A stretch of DNA of 61,104 nucleotides, from positions 1 to 61,104 of the IMG/VR virus record IMGVR_UViG_3300027833_000051; one strand, 5' to 3'. The stretch is from a virus. Its lineage: Duplodnaviria > Caudoviricetes. Below, piece after piece: positions 36,801 to 45,900 of the stretch (the stretch's first letter is position 1; each line of letters begins with the position of its first letter). The notes under the pieces were generated by a model. It saw only the letters and a list, made by a program, of their open reading frames with translations, did no database searches and had not been told where the DNA came from. The translations under genes and the position numbers were made by a program.

Positions 36801-39800
36801 TGCATATGTTGCAAGTGTTTCGTCTTTCTTGCCAGTACCGTATACTGGGTTGCCGTTTACAAAGTAACTTCTTGCAGCAACAGTAGTCTCTGAATTACCG
36901 CCGTATGTTAAGTCGTAACGTAAAGCGTCAATAATATATCTAGTATCTCTTTCGCAATTTAATGTATTAAACGTAAAGTCTGCTGCAAACGGTGCAATTA
37001 CACCGTCAACTTGTGCTTGAATCCAAGCAGTTTGTTCTGCAACAATAAACTCAACGTTTGCTGTAAGTTGTGCAACTGCATTAGCAAATCCTGCATCACT
37101 TGCATTGTTTGATCCGCTTGTAGGTGTACTACCTATTGCCGGTAATGCTGGAACTTGATCTAATCCAAGACCTAAAACATCTTGAATTAATTCTACACCA
37201 ACGTCTAATCTATCAGTAGCATCTGTTGTTCCGCCGTAGCCGTTAACAAATTGCTGTGCTGCTGTATTTCCGCTAGTAGGAGTAATTTCAATATTTTGCA
37301 TAAGATCTGGAACTAACGCTTTAATTCTGTTTAAAGAACTAATAGTTTTAGGTTTATCATTTGCTAGTAATGCAATTGCTGGTTGTGGTTGAACAACACT
37401 TGTACGTAGTTCGTCACCAACAACAGCAGTAAATTCTGGAACAATAATCGGTAATACTTCGTTATAAGTGCCAGTTTTTATAAACAGTGTTGTGTTTGGA
37501 TTAGTTACAGTAGGAATAGCTGTTGCCGAACCTGCATTTAATCCAGTTGTAATAATATCTATCATTGCTGCTGCTTTTGAAATACCAGTAGCTTCAGCTG
37601 TTAAACTAGTGTCAATGACTTGTATTGCTCTATCTCCAAGATCAATATCATTAAATGACTGATAGTTTAATGGTTGTTTGTTAGCTAAAACATCAGCTAT
37701 AATACTTTTTAGCTGTACATTTGCTGCAACTGTTTGAGTCTTTTGAGAGCCAAACGTTCCGTTAATGTATAAATTTCCTGCAGGCGTATAATAAGATTTA
37801 GCAGCTTCGGTAGTTTTTAAAGTTCCGCCTCGTGAAACATCATATATTATTGCATCAATAATTAAGCCAGTATCGCGCTCACACTTAACAGAATCGTAAG
37901 CTAAGTCGCCTACCATTCTACCAGATTGCGTAGTTAATACTAACGGAATGCCGCTATTTTGTACAGTACTAATTCTAAATTTTGTTGCAGAAGTAGCAGA
38001 TTCAACATAGTAAATTGTTCCTGCTGTGACGCCACCTAATGTGCCGGCAAACACAATTGGCATGCCAGGTGTTAGATTAGCTGTTGACGCTGTAGTGAAT
38101 TCTTGTGTACCAACTTGTGATGCTGTAACAACTACTCTATATGTATAGCCAATCCAGCTAGACACTTCCTTCATCATAAATTCTTTATTATTTTTAAGAA
38201 TAACTTTTGCTTGTGGATTCAAATAACCGTCACGTACTTGCTCTAGTGCATAACGCACACTGCTCCAAGGTTTGTCAACTGTTAGTCCGTTTATTGGTGC
38301 TGGTATGTTTTCGCCTAGTGGGCCAACATAAACAACGTTGTCGATCAAACCGTAGTTTGCCCAACTTGGTTTACCATCAGTAACACGTAGAATTTGGCCG
38401 TCAATACCAATCGGTAGTCTTGTTGGTCCGTTGTCGCCGTAATAAACTAAGTCACCTTCGGTAGTTAATGATAATGCTTCTGAACCTAATGTTAGTAGAT
38501 TCCAGTATGCTGCAACTGCATCGTTGTCTGGTCTTTTTGCTGTATCAGCTGTGTGCTTTTGTACACAGATAAAACTACTTGCTCCAAAGAACACTACATC
38601 GCCTACATTGTAAACTGTTGTTGATTTCCAAGAAGATGAATTACCTACGTGTGTAATTGTGTCAATTGCGCCTGCTGTAACACCTGTTACTGTAACAGTA
38701 ATATCGTTAGCAGGACTAGTTCCACCAACATTTGCGCCGGAGATAGTAACAACGTTAGTATCAGCATATCCTGTACCAGCAAATCCTGTTGATACACTAA
38801 TTGAATAAACTGTATTAGCTTTTACAACATCAAAACGTGCGCCTGAGCCACTTACTCCAGTAGCATTTACAGCCTGTACTTGTAGGAATGTTTCAGTACT
38901 CTGAGTCCAGTTAACACCGGAGTTTAATCGGCTCCATGCAGCGTCTGTAGTAGGCTCTGCGTCAGCGTTGTCAGTTAGTGCTACATAAGTCGAGCCACCT
39001 AATCTAACAACGTCTCCGACCAAGTAACTAGTTAGTGAAGAATATTCGCCTTGGAACTTAAAGCCGGTTGTAAATACTGACCAATCATCTGCGCTAATTG
39101 TTGGCTTGTCGCCTGTAGTATTTCTTTTAGCAACATAAACGTAACCACCATAAGTTACCGTGTCACCAGTTTGGTATGCAGTTCCAATTGCCCATGAGTC
39201 TTCAAATTGGAAGCCTTCGATGAACGAATCAAATTTAGCTTCGTCTGACTCAAACGCATTTGATGTGTGCGCCTCAGTTACAATCCAAATATTGCCGCCG
39301 TACTTAACTAAGTCATTAACACGATATCTAGTTGCTGTTACCCAGTCACCTGTGTAAACAATACCGTCACTAAATAATGTCCATTTAGAAGAGTCAGCTT
39401 CTAAACCTAAAATATCTGTTGCTGCTGAAACGTGTGCAGTATTACAAACATAAACAAATCCACCGTAGCGAACTAGGTCATTTATTTTAAATCTTGTTGT
39501 GTTTGTCCAAGAACTTTTCCAATCAAAGGAAGTTGCAAACGCTGTCCATTTTGACAAATCATTTTCTAATCCTAAATATGTCGGTGATGCATATGTAGCT
39601 GATACGTGACCAGTTTCGCAAATGTAAACATTTGCACCATACTTAACCACGTCACCCGGAGCATATTCTACTTCAGATTCCCAATCACCTTTCCAACTAG
39701 TTCCGTCAGATACTATTTCCCACTTAGGTATTTCATTGGTAAAATCTGTGTTAAATTCTGATGCAGCAGTGTGATTTTTAATACATATATAAGATTTGCC

Positions 39801-39896
39801 ACCAAAACTTATAACATCGTCTGCAACATATGCTCTACCTGTTGCCCAGTCACCCTGCCATACAAATCTAATTCTACCTAGTTTAAATTCTGCCAT
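27897..39896 (-). CDS. Giant virion structural/fibre protein (3999 aa): CBM5/12-like repeats, beta-helix with 12 inserted phycobiliprotein-like repeats, beta-propeller repeats
   Basis: N-terminal W...Y..GDVV.YGG..Y.C...H repeats; VYVGP.G..PWSSVRYA / GTYNE.LP / GDELR beta-helix start; 12 CxRD repeats; W....YG.G.FVA.. propeller repeats. C-terminal SQVRLTGHDFL..STDQDGNF is shared with the 3029-aa paralog. Confidence 0.85.
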   Translation of the reverse strand: MAEFKLGRIRFVWQGDWATGRAYVADDVISFGGKSYICIKNHTAASEFNTDFTNEIPKWEIVSDGTSWKGDWESEVEYAPGDVVKYGANVYICETGHVSATYASPTYLGLENDLSKWTAFATSFDWKSSWTNTTRFKINDLVRYGGFVYVCNTAHVSAATDILGLEADSSKWTLFSDGIVYTGDWVTATRYRVNDLVKYGGNIWIVTEAHTSNAFESDEAKFDSFIEGFQFEDSWAIGTAYQTGDTVTYGGYVYVAKRNTTGDKPTISADDWSVFTTGFKFQGEYSSLTSYLVGDVVRLGGSTYVALTDNADAEPTTDAAWSRLNSGVNWTQSTETFLQVQAVNATGVSGSGARFDVVKANTVYSISVSTGFAGTGYADTNVVTISGANVGGTSPANDITVTVTGVTAGAIDTITHVGNSSSWKSTTVYNVGDVVFFGASSFICVQKHTADTAKRPDNDAVAAYWNLLTLGSEALSLTTEGDLVYYGDNGPTRLPIGIDGQILRVTDGKPSWANYGLIDNVVYVGPLGENIPAPINGLTVDKPWSSVRYALEQVRDGYLNPQAKVILKNNKEFMMKEVSSWIGYTYRVVVTASQVGTQEFTTASTANLTPGMPIVFAGTLGGVTAGTIYYVESATSATKFRISTVQNSGIPLVLTTQSGRMVGDLAYDSVKCERDTGLIIDAIIYDVSRGGTLKTTEAAKSYYTPAGNLYINGTFGSQKTQTVAANVQLKSIIADVLANKQPLNYQSFNDIDLGDRAIQVIDTSLTAEATGISKAAAMIDIITTGLNAGSATAIPTVTNPNTTLFIKTGTYNEVLPIIVPEFTAVVGDELRTSVVQPQPAIALLANDKPKTISSLNRIKALVPDLMQNIEITPTSGNTAAQQFVNGYGGTTDATDRLDVGVELIQDVLGLGLDQVPALPAIGSTPTSGSNNASDAGFANAVAQLTANVEFIVAEQTAWIQAQVDGVIAPFAADFTFNTLNCERDTRYIIDALRYDLTYGGNSETTVAARSYFVNGNPVYGTGKKDETLATYAHLKSIIGDIIVETTVVGTTGNNVAQNVDNDAGSSAAETFADTRIQEIYDCIDNDGTLPSVVAPDTSWVSVPLTTVNTEILSSKATLQSSVIDYINSNFGSFVYDSAKCRRDSGILKTGAAYDIALNTNFNAVRDGLSYRRGSSVKVLTGQLTETLGAIAQEKILVEALLSDADSITRNTAYWAEVADIITNGVASADALTFTNSVQAKTDARTEMVDNRAAIISALTTWITTNYPSLSYDTATCERDTGYIIDALCYDVNYGGNSATIESTKAYFDGWVSVLPVAQRAIEVLAMTQLKTIINGYLTGATEEAEVSTLLDILITSIDAGSLSNIPAVVYPSITWVADAIESDANDVLTNTTVVPAVLQFITNTYSGFVYDHAKCSRDIGFIIDALRFDIMFNSSFRSLKAGMSYRRGIASAGVVIDSQLSATLDSIEFLRSEIKNITSGNNKIETSAELIRDIMISTVEPTTFTITDPTSYDTGFFNARRLIVANKQFLIDEVEAYMNTNYNVLWTSLSVANKAKCLRDIGYILDAMRYDLTYRGNLETIVAANSYYVNGVLQEPSDQKVAALAVQTRIADIIDDVATGSAITRSTGNTTTQDVSGTAGSAGAAAFAQDRINEIKATIDTGDSPALISPSTAWVDTALVQFKSVVDNRKAIIQEAAIDYINFMYPALVYNEATCSRDVGYILDAIVYDVLFGSDFRTAKAGMSYLRGVASAGVVLADQLDPTISTINFIEQALLQLTEGIESKVGTTAESNVAVARANDIKNIVQNGLEALPGYVLTMPTNLTADLAYATATNTTGAVATYSNAADQLGANEAFIQLEVRKWLEDSTNSYDTFWGTLSSSAQDNCIRDIGYIVDAVRYDLTYGGNTQSLIAGSAYYSNFVLTIGQDELPATLAAYARMKTVIGEVIAETTVTKSPGNNLTQDTSGTAGNAFTIEFADDRVDDVLDWINNAEPNATIEIATAWAEPDTRAAYNNLVSRRLEIIEDVVFWVEKFWQKIKYNQETCRRDAGLMVDALARDLVTGSNFASIKAGMSYYRALTSTAEVTNNELEATIGAVNFLSYKVKHIASTTASAHTSLIIDEITSFIDGGKKPSVKWQATSTTDTQDVAGAAIIWENKEFIQTEVIEYLDQEYPTNEYGKEKCKRDVGMLVDALRYDLTYGGNSATNEFGLSYYKNAVLVISEDDKVATIAAYDHAKFLTGDLAQNTLGSPGAIQTAIVPKYRDADVQTIGDAATTTRVGELIDQLKLIIDTGIAALPTINLVSIASNVITTDGVHGLAVNDQVYVASITGLDSTSVYYVKTTPTTSTLTLTRYFEGATAVMQDEASSTEVLQVWAYSPTTTGINASLKQQATNLAGSVELIKTAIIEYIAENYPTLVYVEETCKRDVGLIVEAMTWDLMTDSNYRTVIAALSYYRGTQADVVLNKQKTATVQSFRELKNVAASYVSSTDILLDVLNTANARKRVNSLMDIVISVLDFGSNVTPEVTGTITYKNDVEVIKGVDILKANTNFLANEATAWIKSQYGGTITSASSAAIGFATPHNLVVGDPIKLDVSELGLTAGVTYYVVTRTDELTIEVAATLGGDAIATAGSPSVAVVSYSFDEALCRRDMIRYVESITYDLQYPGNHHALRAAELYLNAVNGSERSDLYRVRNSTGVRNQTLSGLRGNLTELNEFNTRRPTAGAFVALDPGFGPNDSEAWVTNKSPYIQNVTNFGVGCVGNKIDGALHAGGNRSMVSNDFTQVLSDGIGVWCTGNNSLTELVSVFSYYNYSGYVADLGGRIRATNGNSSYGTYGVIAEGTDTGEIPLFAEVNNLSNDAFIGNVITDGEAVLRLEYNNAGTDYTNASFAISGDGFNAAVIADEFRDGGIMETRLIDLDDGDETGGENYVTAKNVAQGGNEIQVTIAATDTALANAYNGMNIILTAGTGVGQFARVLTFNNGTKISKVYKDSFDNKTVTGTTVTSNVLTVADTASLYVNMPIYLSTAIGNLAANTVYYVLTIPNTTTFTVSTSEGGAAVALTTTTAQTVTLYAAGWDHIVKGTPIATNLDLTTGYTIEPSITYSAPGFTSTATTTDSATAYKAATYAAGRYVALQNSGTATTYSTDGTTWAAGGAVASANWTAMAFGGGQGATASAVVGGLGGSGAILTAELGELNSIGLPGPTQVAKITIVDGGKGYTSPPTLNLVPTNGGGAATAVCTVLNGVIKEVTITTTGAGYGAAPTISVETDKITEVNVDSFGLGYTSPPTVTISGGGASTQATVLPTMDNGGVFAINFTLDGNDEPLVGAGYTSAPTVTIVDTNAKFVAIANGSTANTNLALSAAANAAWSAGSALPNNNFTDIVYAGGTYVAVGGTGGSGSAATSTDGSTWVSRDNIALSAGTFSSVAHGAGKYVAINTGGNKSAVSANGIVWAEGGNLPASTTWSSTAFGNGRFVAIASGGRSAAYSIDNGTTWYASAAGLPSSQTWSKVEYGHGLFVAIAEGTDACAISNDGVTWTGQTLSASGDWNALAFGNTDNNPRWVALTNAANTAVSVLKTGATAESRLKEADGSVNEIRITEPGSGYPKGTVASTTAANTITIDSTDNLLVGQQIKFTGVGDALLTNNSLYYINTIPNGTTITVSLIANSGTPVVLSTATFANATFRTGPIVTITDPNSTIVAPTDARQGDGVLGHPTFTNRGTGYQTATGELGGDGSADLFQASTFVAVRGLFDLPEPGSNVEFGNIPGVFYKLVAVNNVIGLAGDYTATFQISPALTILNAPLDGTKITATNKYSQVRLTGHDFLYIGTGNQADTNYPFVDITTALQSRQFLGSQGGRVFFTSTDQDGNFNVGGLFGVQQSTGTATLDADAFNLAGLQSLQLQGIGLGIGSAIITQFSTDPFFTANSDSVVPTQRAIKSYITAQIGGGQSSLNVNTLTAGTVFIANDEITTTSGGQLNITAKMNFTGGVDGAPVALGFFLAR

Positions 39897-39924
39897 TTTA
39901 GCTCCATCTATTCTTTACTATTGT

Positions 39925-39932
39925 TATTTATC
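39925..39932 (-). promoter_or_regulatory. Late promoter GATAAATA
   Basis: Between the two giant genes, upstream of the GGAG SD. Confidence 0.7.
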
Positions 39933-42900
39933 TTATTGCTGTCCTGAACGTGTAGGGTCGACTAATGTCTTAAAGAAATAGGTCATTGCCAGACCATCCC
40001 CTGCCCATCCGCTGTTTCCAAACGGTCCGTCAAACATTGCTTTAGTCCCAATCTTAATTTGGAAGCCTTCAGCACCTTCTGGTACTGTAGATGCTATGAA
40101 ATCTGGTCCGCCTACTTTAACTGTACCTGCTGTTAATAAGCCTGTAAACGTATCTGAGCCACCTTGCGACAATCTACCTGTTAAGTATGTTTTAATTGCT
40201 TTTTGTGTTGGCACTATAGTATTTGAGTTAGCAACAAATGTACCATCTGTTGAAAATTGAGTTACAACTACCGGTGAACCACCTAGTGCAACTCCGCCGA
40301 TTGATAGTTCTGTCAGTCCGTCTAATCCAAACTCGTCTGCACTTAGTGTAACAATACCTGTAGCCTGTTCAACTGCAAACAAGTCACCAACTCTAAAGTT
40401 ACCATCTTGGTCTGTTGAACTATAAAACACTCGTCCGTTATTTGTTTCTTGTATCTCATCTTGTGGTTCTAAGTTTGTATTTTCAGGTAGTCCAGGATAA
40501 TTAGATTGTATCTGGTTACCAAATCCAATATTTAGGAAGTCATGGTTAGTTAAGCGTACTTGGCTAAACCTACTACGCATTGTAAATGTTGTATTATGTG
40601 CTGGGGATAATACTTCGCTCATAGTCGGTGATATCTGCACTGATGCTTCTAAGTTTGGAACAGTTGTTCCTCTTAACACAGTTGCTTTAGCAACACGATA
40701 TGTTTCATCGTTGCCTTCAAACTCAATGTTATCGCCTGGTTGCGGCAATCTAGTTAGATTCTTAAGGATAATACGTAACCCTGTTTGGAATATATCTGAG
40801 AACCCGCTACCATTAATAGCAATTGCTGTAGATGTTGTACTGTAACCAGTTCCATAATTTGTAAACGTTGGTGCACCTAATACTCCGTTACCTATACGTA
40901 CTTGAGTAATTGCATCTTTAGAATTATTTGGATCTAACAGAGTTAACGTAGGGGCTGTAGTATAACCCGACCCACTAGTTAACATGCCGAACCCGGTTAA
41001 TTTAGTAGCCGTAATCGATGCTCTTGATTGTGCTCTTGATCCTGTAGATATTTTAGATGCAATACCGCCAGTTGCTAGTGATAAGAACCAACCTTTTCTA
41101 GTAGTAGCGTCAAAACTAAATCCAAGACCAGTATAATCTAATGCCTCAACAGGAACAACTTTCCAATCTAATCCGTCTTCTGACTGTCGAGATATTCCTG
41201 TAACATTATCAATTAATAAGAATATTCCGTTACCATATGAAAGTATATCTCCCTGGATTTGTAAATTAGAATTATACCAAGTTATGCCATCGAAACTAAA
41301 TGCCGCTGACCTTAAATCACTTGATACTGCAACAAATCTGCCGTTGCCAAATTCAATTTGGTTCCAGTTATTAATTGTAGAATCGCCTGAATTATCTAGA
41401 GTAGATTCTACCCAAGTTGCACCTTTATCTGTGCTACATTTGACTGCATGTGACGAACCAGCAATAGCAACAAATATTCCAGCGCCAGCTGCTATGTCGA
41501 CCCATTCATCATCGTCTATAGATTGATCAACTTCGATCCAAGTACTAGCGTTATTTGTAGAATATGCCGATTTACTTGATGTACCTACTACAACAAAAGA
41601 TCCGTTAGTATAAGATATTGCTGTATAAAATTCATTTGCGCCAAGTGTTGGCAAAGTTGATCTTAACCATGTAGCACCTTCTGATACAGAGTATAATACG
41701 TCCCCTGCTCTAGATATAAGAACCCAGGTGTTATTTCCATACACCATATCTACCCAACCACCGTTATATAAAGGGTTGTTAATTAGTGATCCTGGATTGT
41801 CTGGATCTTCAATTTGTAAATTTGTGTCGCCTTCAACTGGCAATGTAATACTTACGTCCCAAGCTGTATAGTCTGATGTGGATAATGCTGCAAAGCCATT
41901 TTCAGGTATTGCTATTGGATAGAATCCATTTGATGCAATTATTTTATAAGTTCCAGCTTCACCAGTTGATGCTAATGCAGTTTGTGTAAATGGCGGAGGA
42001 GTATACTTAGTTCTTGGTTCAATAGCATATACAGATGTTGAATCAAAGACTCCGACTAACGGAGTGCCTTGATTGATATGATCCCAGCCAACTGCACCAA
42101 TCTGCATTGACCCAATGTCTTGTATTAGTTGTACTGGAGTACCACTATCTAATGTTGTTTCAATTGTCATTTCGTTAATAACAGATTCGCCCGTTGGTAG
42201 CGATATACTTGTTATTTGAGTAGCGCCTGGTGAAGCCTCACTGCCAGCTGGAGCAGTTTGTACAGTAGTTCCTTGTATGATCACGCCGCCTGCTGGCGTG
42301 TCTGACCATTGACTTCCGCCAGTTAATGTAACTGTTAATTCACCGTACGTTGTATCTGTTATTGTAAATGCAGCTAATGTTGAATCTTCACCTAGTGTAC
42401 CTAATGCAGTAAGAAGCCCTGCTGCTGGTGCTGTGTCAAGCCCAATATTTAATGTGTTTTCAATCCAGTTAGTATCAACTGTCCAGTTTCCTGATGCGTT
42501 ATAAACATCTGCAGGAGTTGTTTCAATTTTTTCAAGAACATAATATGTTGTGCCTAAGTCAATGCCACCGAACGTTTCAGTATAGAACGAAGCGCCCATA
42601 GTTGCTCCGCCGCCTGCTGAAACTGTTTCTTTAGTTCCAGGAGTTTGTGTAACCATTGTACCCGTGTCATCTGTTATAGAAACTGTATTTGCAAGTGTTC
42701 TAACAATGATGTTACCGGTTGCTGTTAATAGCGGAACTGCTGCACCTGCTGCTGTTTCACTAATAGTAAAGGTTGTTGCATCGTTAACAACCTGGATAAA
42801 ATAAACTTTATCATTTTCAATACTTCCAAACGTTGAACCTGTTAAAATAATAGGAGTGCCAGGAATAAAGCCAGCAGTACTAGTAACTGTAATCAAGTTT

Positions 42901-45900
42901 GTTACTGCTTGAGATGCAGTTGCATTTGTTGTTATTACAGAATCTGATAACGTAAATGTAGTACCGTCTAATAATGTATTAACCCAGTACTGAGTTTTTT
43001 CAAGTAATCCGCCAATTGCTCCTGATCTAAAAGTTATAGGGTTCATTGGTATTAATGTAGAAGTATCAGCAATAGTTAAGCTATTAGTCGATGCAGTTGA
43101 TGCAGTTGTGTCAAACGTTAATCTATTTGCTGATATTGAAAAACGAGTTGCATCATATATATCATGAATAAAATAAGTCTGACCAAGAGTAACTTCGCCT
43201 AAACTTGTTCCAGTAAATTGTACCGGCAATCCAACACTCATATCTGCTGTGCTAGATGCAGCTAGGTAACTAGTCTCTGATGGAAAGTTTATTGTAAACT
43301 GCGGATACTCAGATGTTAAAACAATCGGTGCGCCTTGCGGGTCATCAATATTAGTATTAACTAGTGGCCAAACGCCGCCACCTAGTGTTGTTGATATTTG
43401 AATTGTTGTGTCGTCAATTATATTAATAATAAAATAGTCAAACCCTACAGCTACTCCGCCAAATGGTGTTCCAGTAAAGTTAACTTTCTGTCCAACTTTT
43501 AACTGTGTAGTAGTAGTAACATACAAGTAGTTATTTAAATCACCTAACGCAGCTAGTACTTGTGTTGCACTCTGTGCTGTAGAATCAACATCAACATCAT
43601 AAAATGTTGGCGTAAACTGTATTTTCTGTCCAGTATACACAGTATTAAAGTCTACATCATCGTCTAATCGAAATCTATCTGATGTTGCATTAGTTGAAAC
43701 AATTTCCAAGCTCTCAAATGATTCTTTAAGAACATCTGCACGTTTATTGTTTGCATTATACCTAGATATAATACCGTATTGTCCTGATCCTACACCACTT
43801 GAAATACTTAGTCGCATACTTTCATATTCTGGTGCAGTTGCAACTTCTGAACCTGCAAGTACCAAGTGTTCAGAATCACCTGATTGTGCATTATTGGTTT
43901 GGAATTTATATCCTAGGCCGCCTGATGTAAATGCAGAACTTTCTAATACACGAGTTTGGTATACTCCGCCGCTGCGCAATTCGTCTGCAACGATCATAGC
44001 ATCTCTACCTGCACCACTTACATTAACATTTGCATACGATGTAGGCGTAGTATCATCTGTTTCTAAGAAGAATGATAAATTGCCAGTTTGTAACTGTGCG
44101 CCGTAAAAGTTAGTTTCGCCTGATAGTCCATCAGTACCACGTGGATATACTTTAAATTGCAATGATGTATTTTGTGCAGTAATGTCCCAGTATGAATAAG
44201 AAATTCTATACCATCCATCTTCAAGAATAGTTGCAGTGTATACTTCTGGAACAATTCCATTATCAGGATCTACTATTGTAGTTAACACCCCTGTAGTAAA
44301 ATTAAACCTTACAGCAGATGTTCTAGTGCTATACCCTGAGAATATTGAATACATATCAAAATATGATGCTGTACCTTTCTTAGCATAGATACTTGTAGTA
44401 TACCGCAACGATGTACCATCTGGTACAGTACCGTCATGACTAACTTGTAAAATTGCCGTAATAGATAGTGTATCCACAGTAACTATAATATCGTTAACTG
44501 TAGGTTGGGCTCCAAATAACTGGCCGCTAAGTCTAATTTGATTGCCAACAACATAACCGCTTCCGCCGGCATTTACACTAACTTGATATCCGTCACTGAA
44601 TACTGTTACATCAAAGGTTGCATCAATTCCTGATCCATCTTCGTTTACCCCTGCAACTCCGACATATACTCTACCTTGTGGCGAAACAGGAACATCTTGA
44701 TAAAAATAACTAGAATTAGTTAAGTCAGTAATACCTTCAATTTTCCAGGCATCTTCATTTACAAATGGAGTTGTTGCTGCTTTAACAATGTTAAGATTTC
44801 CGTCTGTCTGCCAGGCTGTATCTACAAGGTTATTACTTTGTGGTAATAAGTTTGTTGTAGTTTCGTAGTACTCTTCGCCAGCATGACTAAATGCTATTTT
44901 TAAAATTTCAGCTTGTGTACCTAGCGCACTAACTGCTAGTGCCGATGCTTGATTACTTCTGTTATTTACATTACCAACTGCTGGTACTTCGTCTTCTGCA
45001 AAGCCTTCTGCAATGGCACCAAATTGTCCATATGAACTGTTACCGTTAGTAGCACGAATTCTACCACCGTCTTCTGCAAAGTATCCTGTGTAGTTATAGT
45101 ATGAGAACACAGATACACATTCTACTAGTGCGTCACCGCCTGTACACCATACTCCGATACCGTCTGATATAATTTGTGTAAAGTCGTTACAAACTATAGA
45201 TCTATTACCACCATTGTGTAATGTACTATCAATTTTTAAACCTACACAACCAATACCAAAGTTAGTAACGTTTTGAATGTATGGTGATTTACTAGTAATC
45301 CAAGCAGTAGTGTCATTTACGCCTTGGCCTGGATCTAGTGCAACAAACGATCCACCTGACGGTCTACGTGTTGAATATTCATTTTGCGGAGTAAGTGTAC
45401 CTAGTAGACCACTCATTGTTAAGTTACGCACACCACAGCCATTTTGTACACGTATCATATCATTTAGAGCGTTTCCGCCGTATACATACATATAACCAAT
45501 ATTAGTTGTTAGCAATACTTCTTCACCATCTGGAGTTGCACTAACTTTAAATGCGCCATCTCTAATTGACGATCCAATCACATAGTATGTTATACCTTGA
45601 ACAATGTTTGGTCCGCCTATTTTTGTACTAATTTCGTCAACTGGATTTAATGATACAAATTGTACTGGTGTGTTGTTAACCATATTAACTGTTGACCCAA
45701 CACGGAATTCATTAATCTCGCCAAACGTTCTTGTGCATAATGTGTTAATTGGATTAAGAGGCTTAATAGCTGCACCACGAAGTTCGTCACCGTTTAGTGC
45801 AGTTTTTGGAGGAAGTACAATCGGTAGCGATTCTTCGTACGTACCTGATTTAAGGTTAATTGTAGTATACGCACCTTGATTTGCCGGAGGAATATTATCT

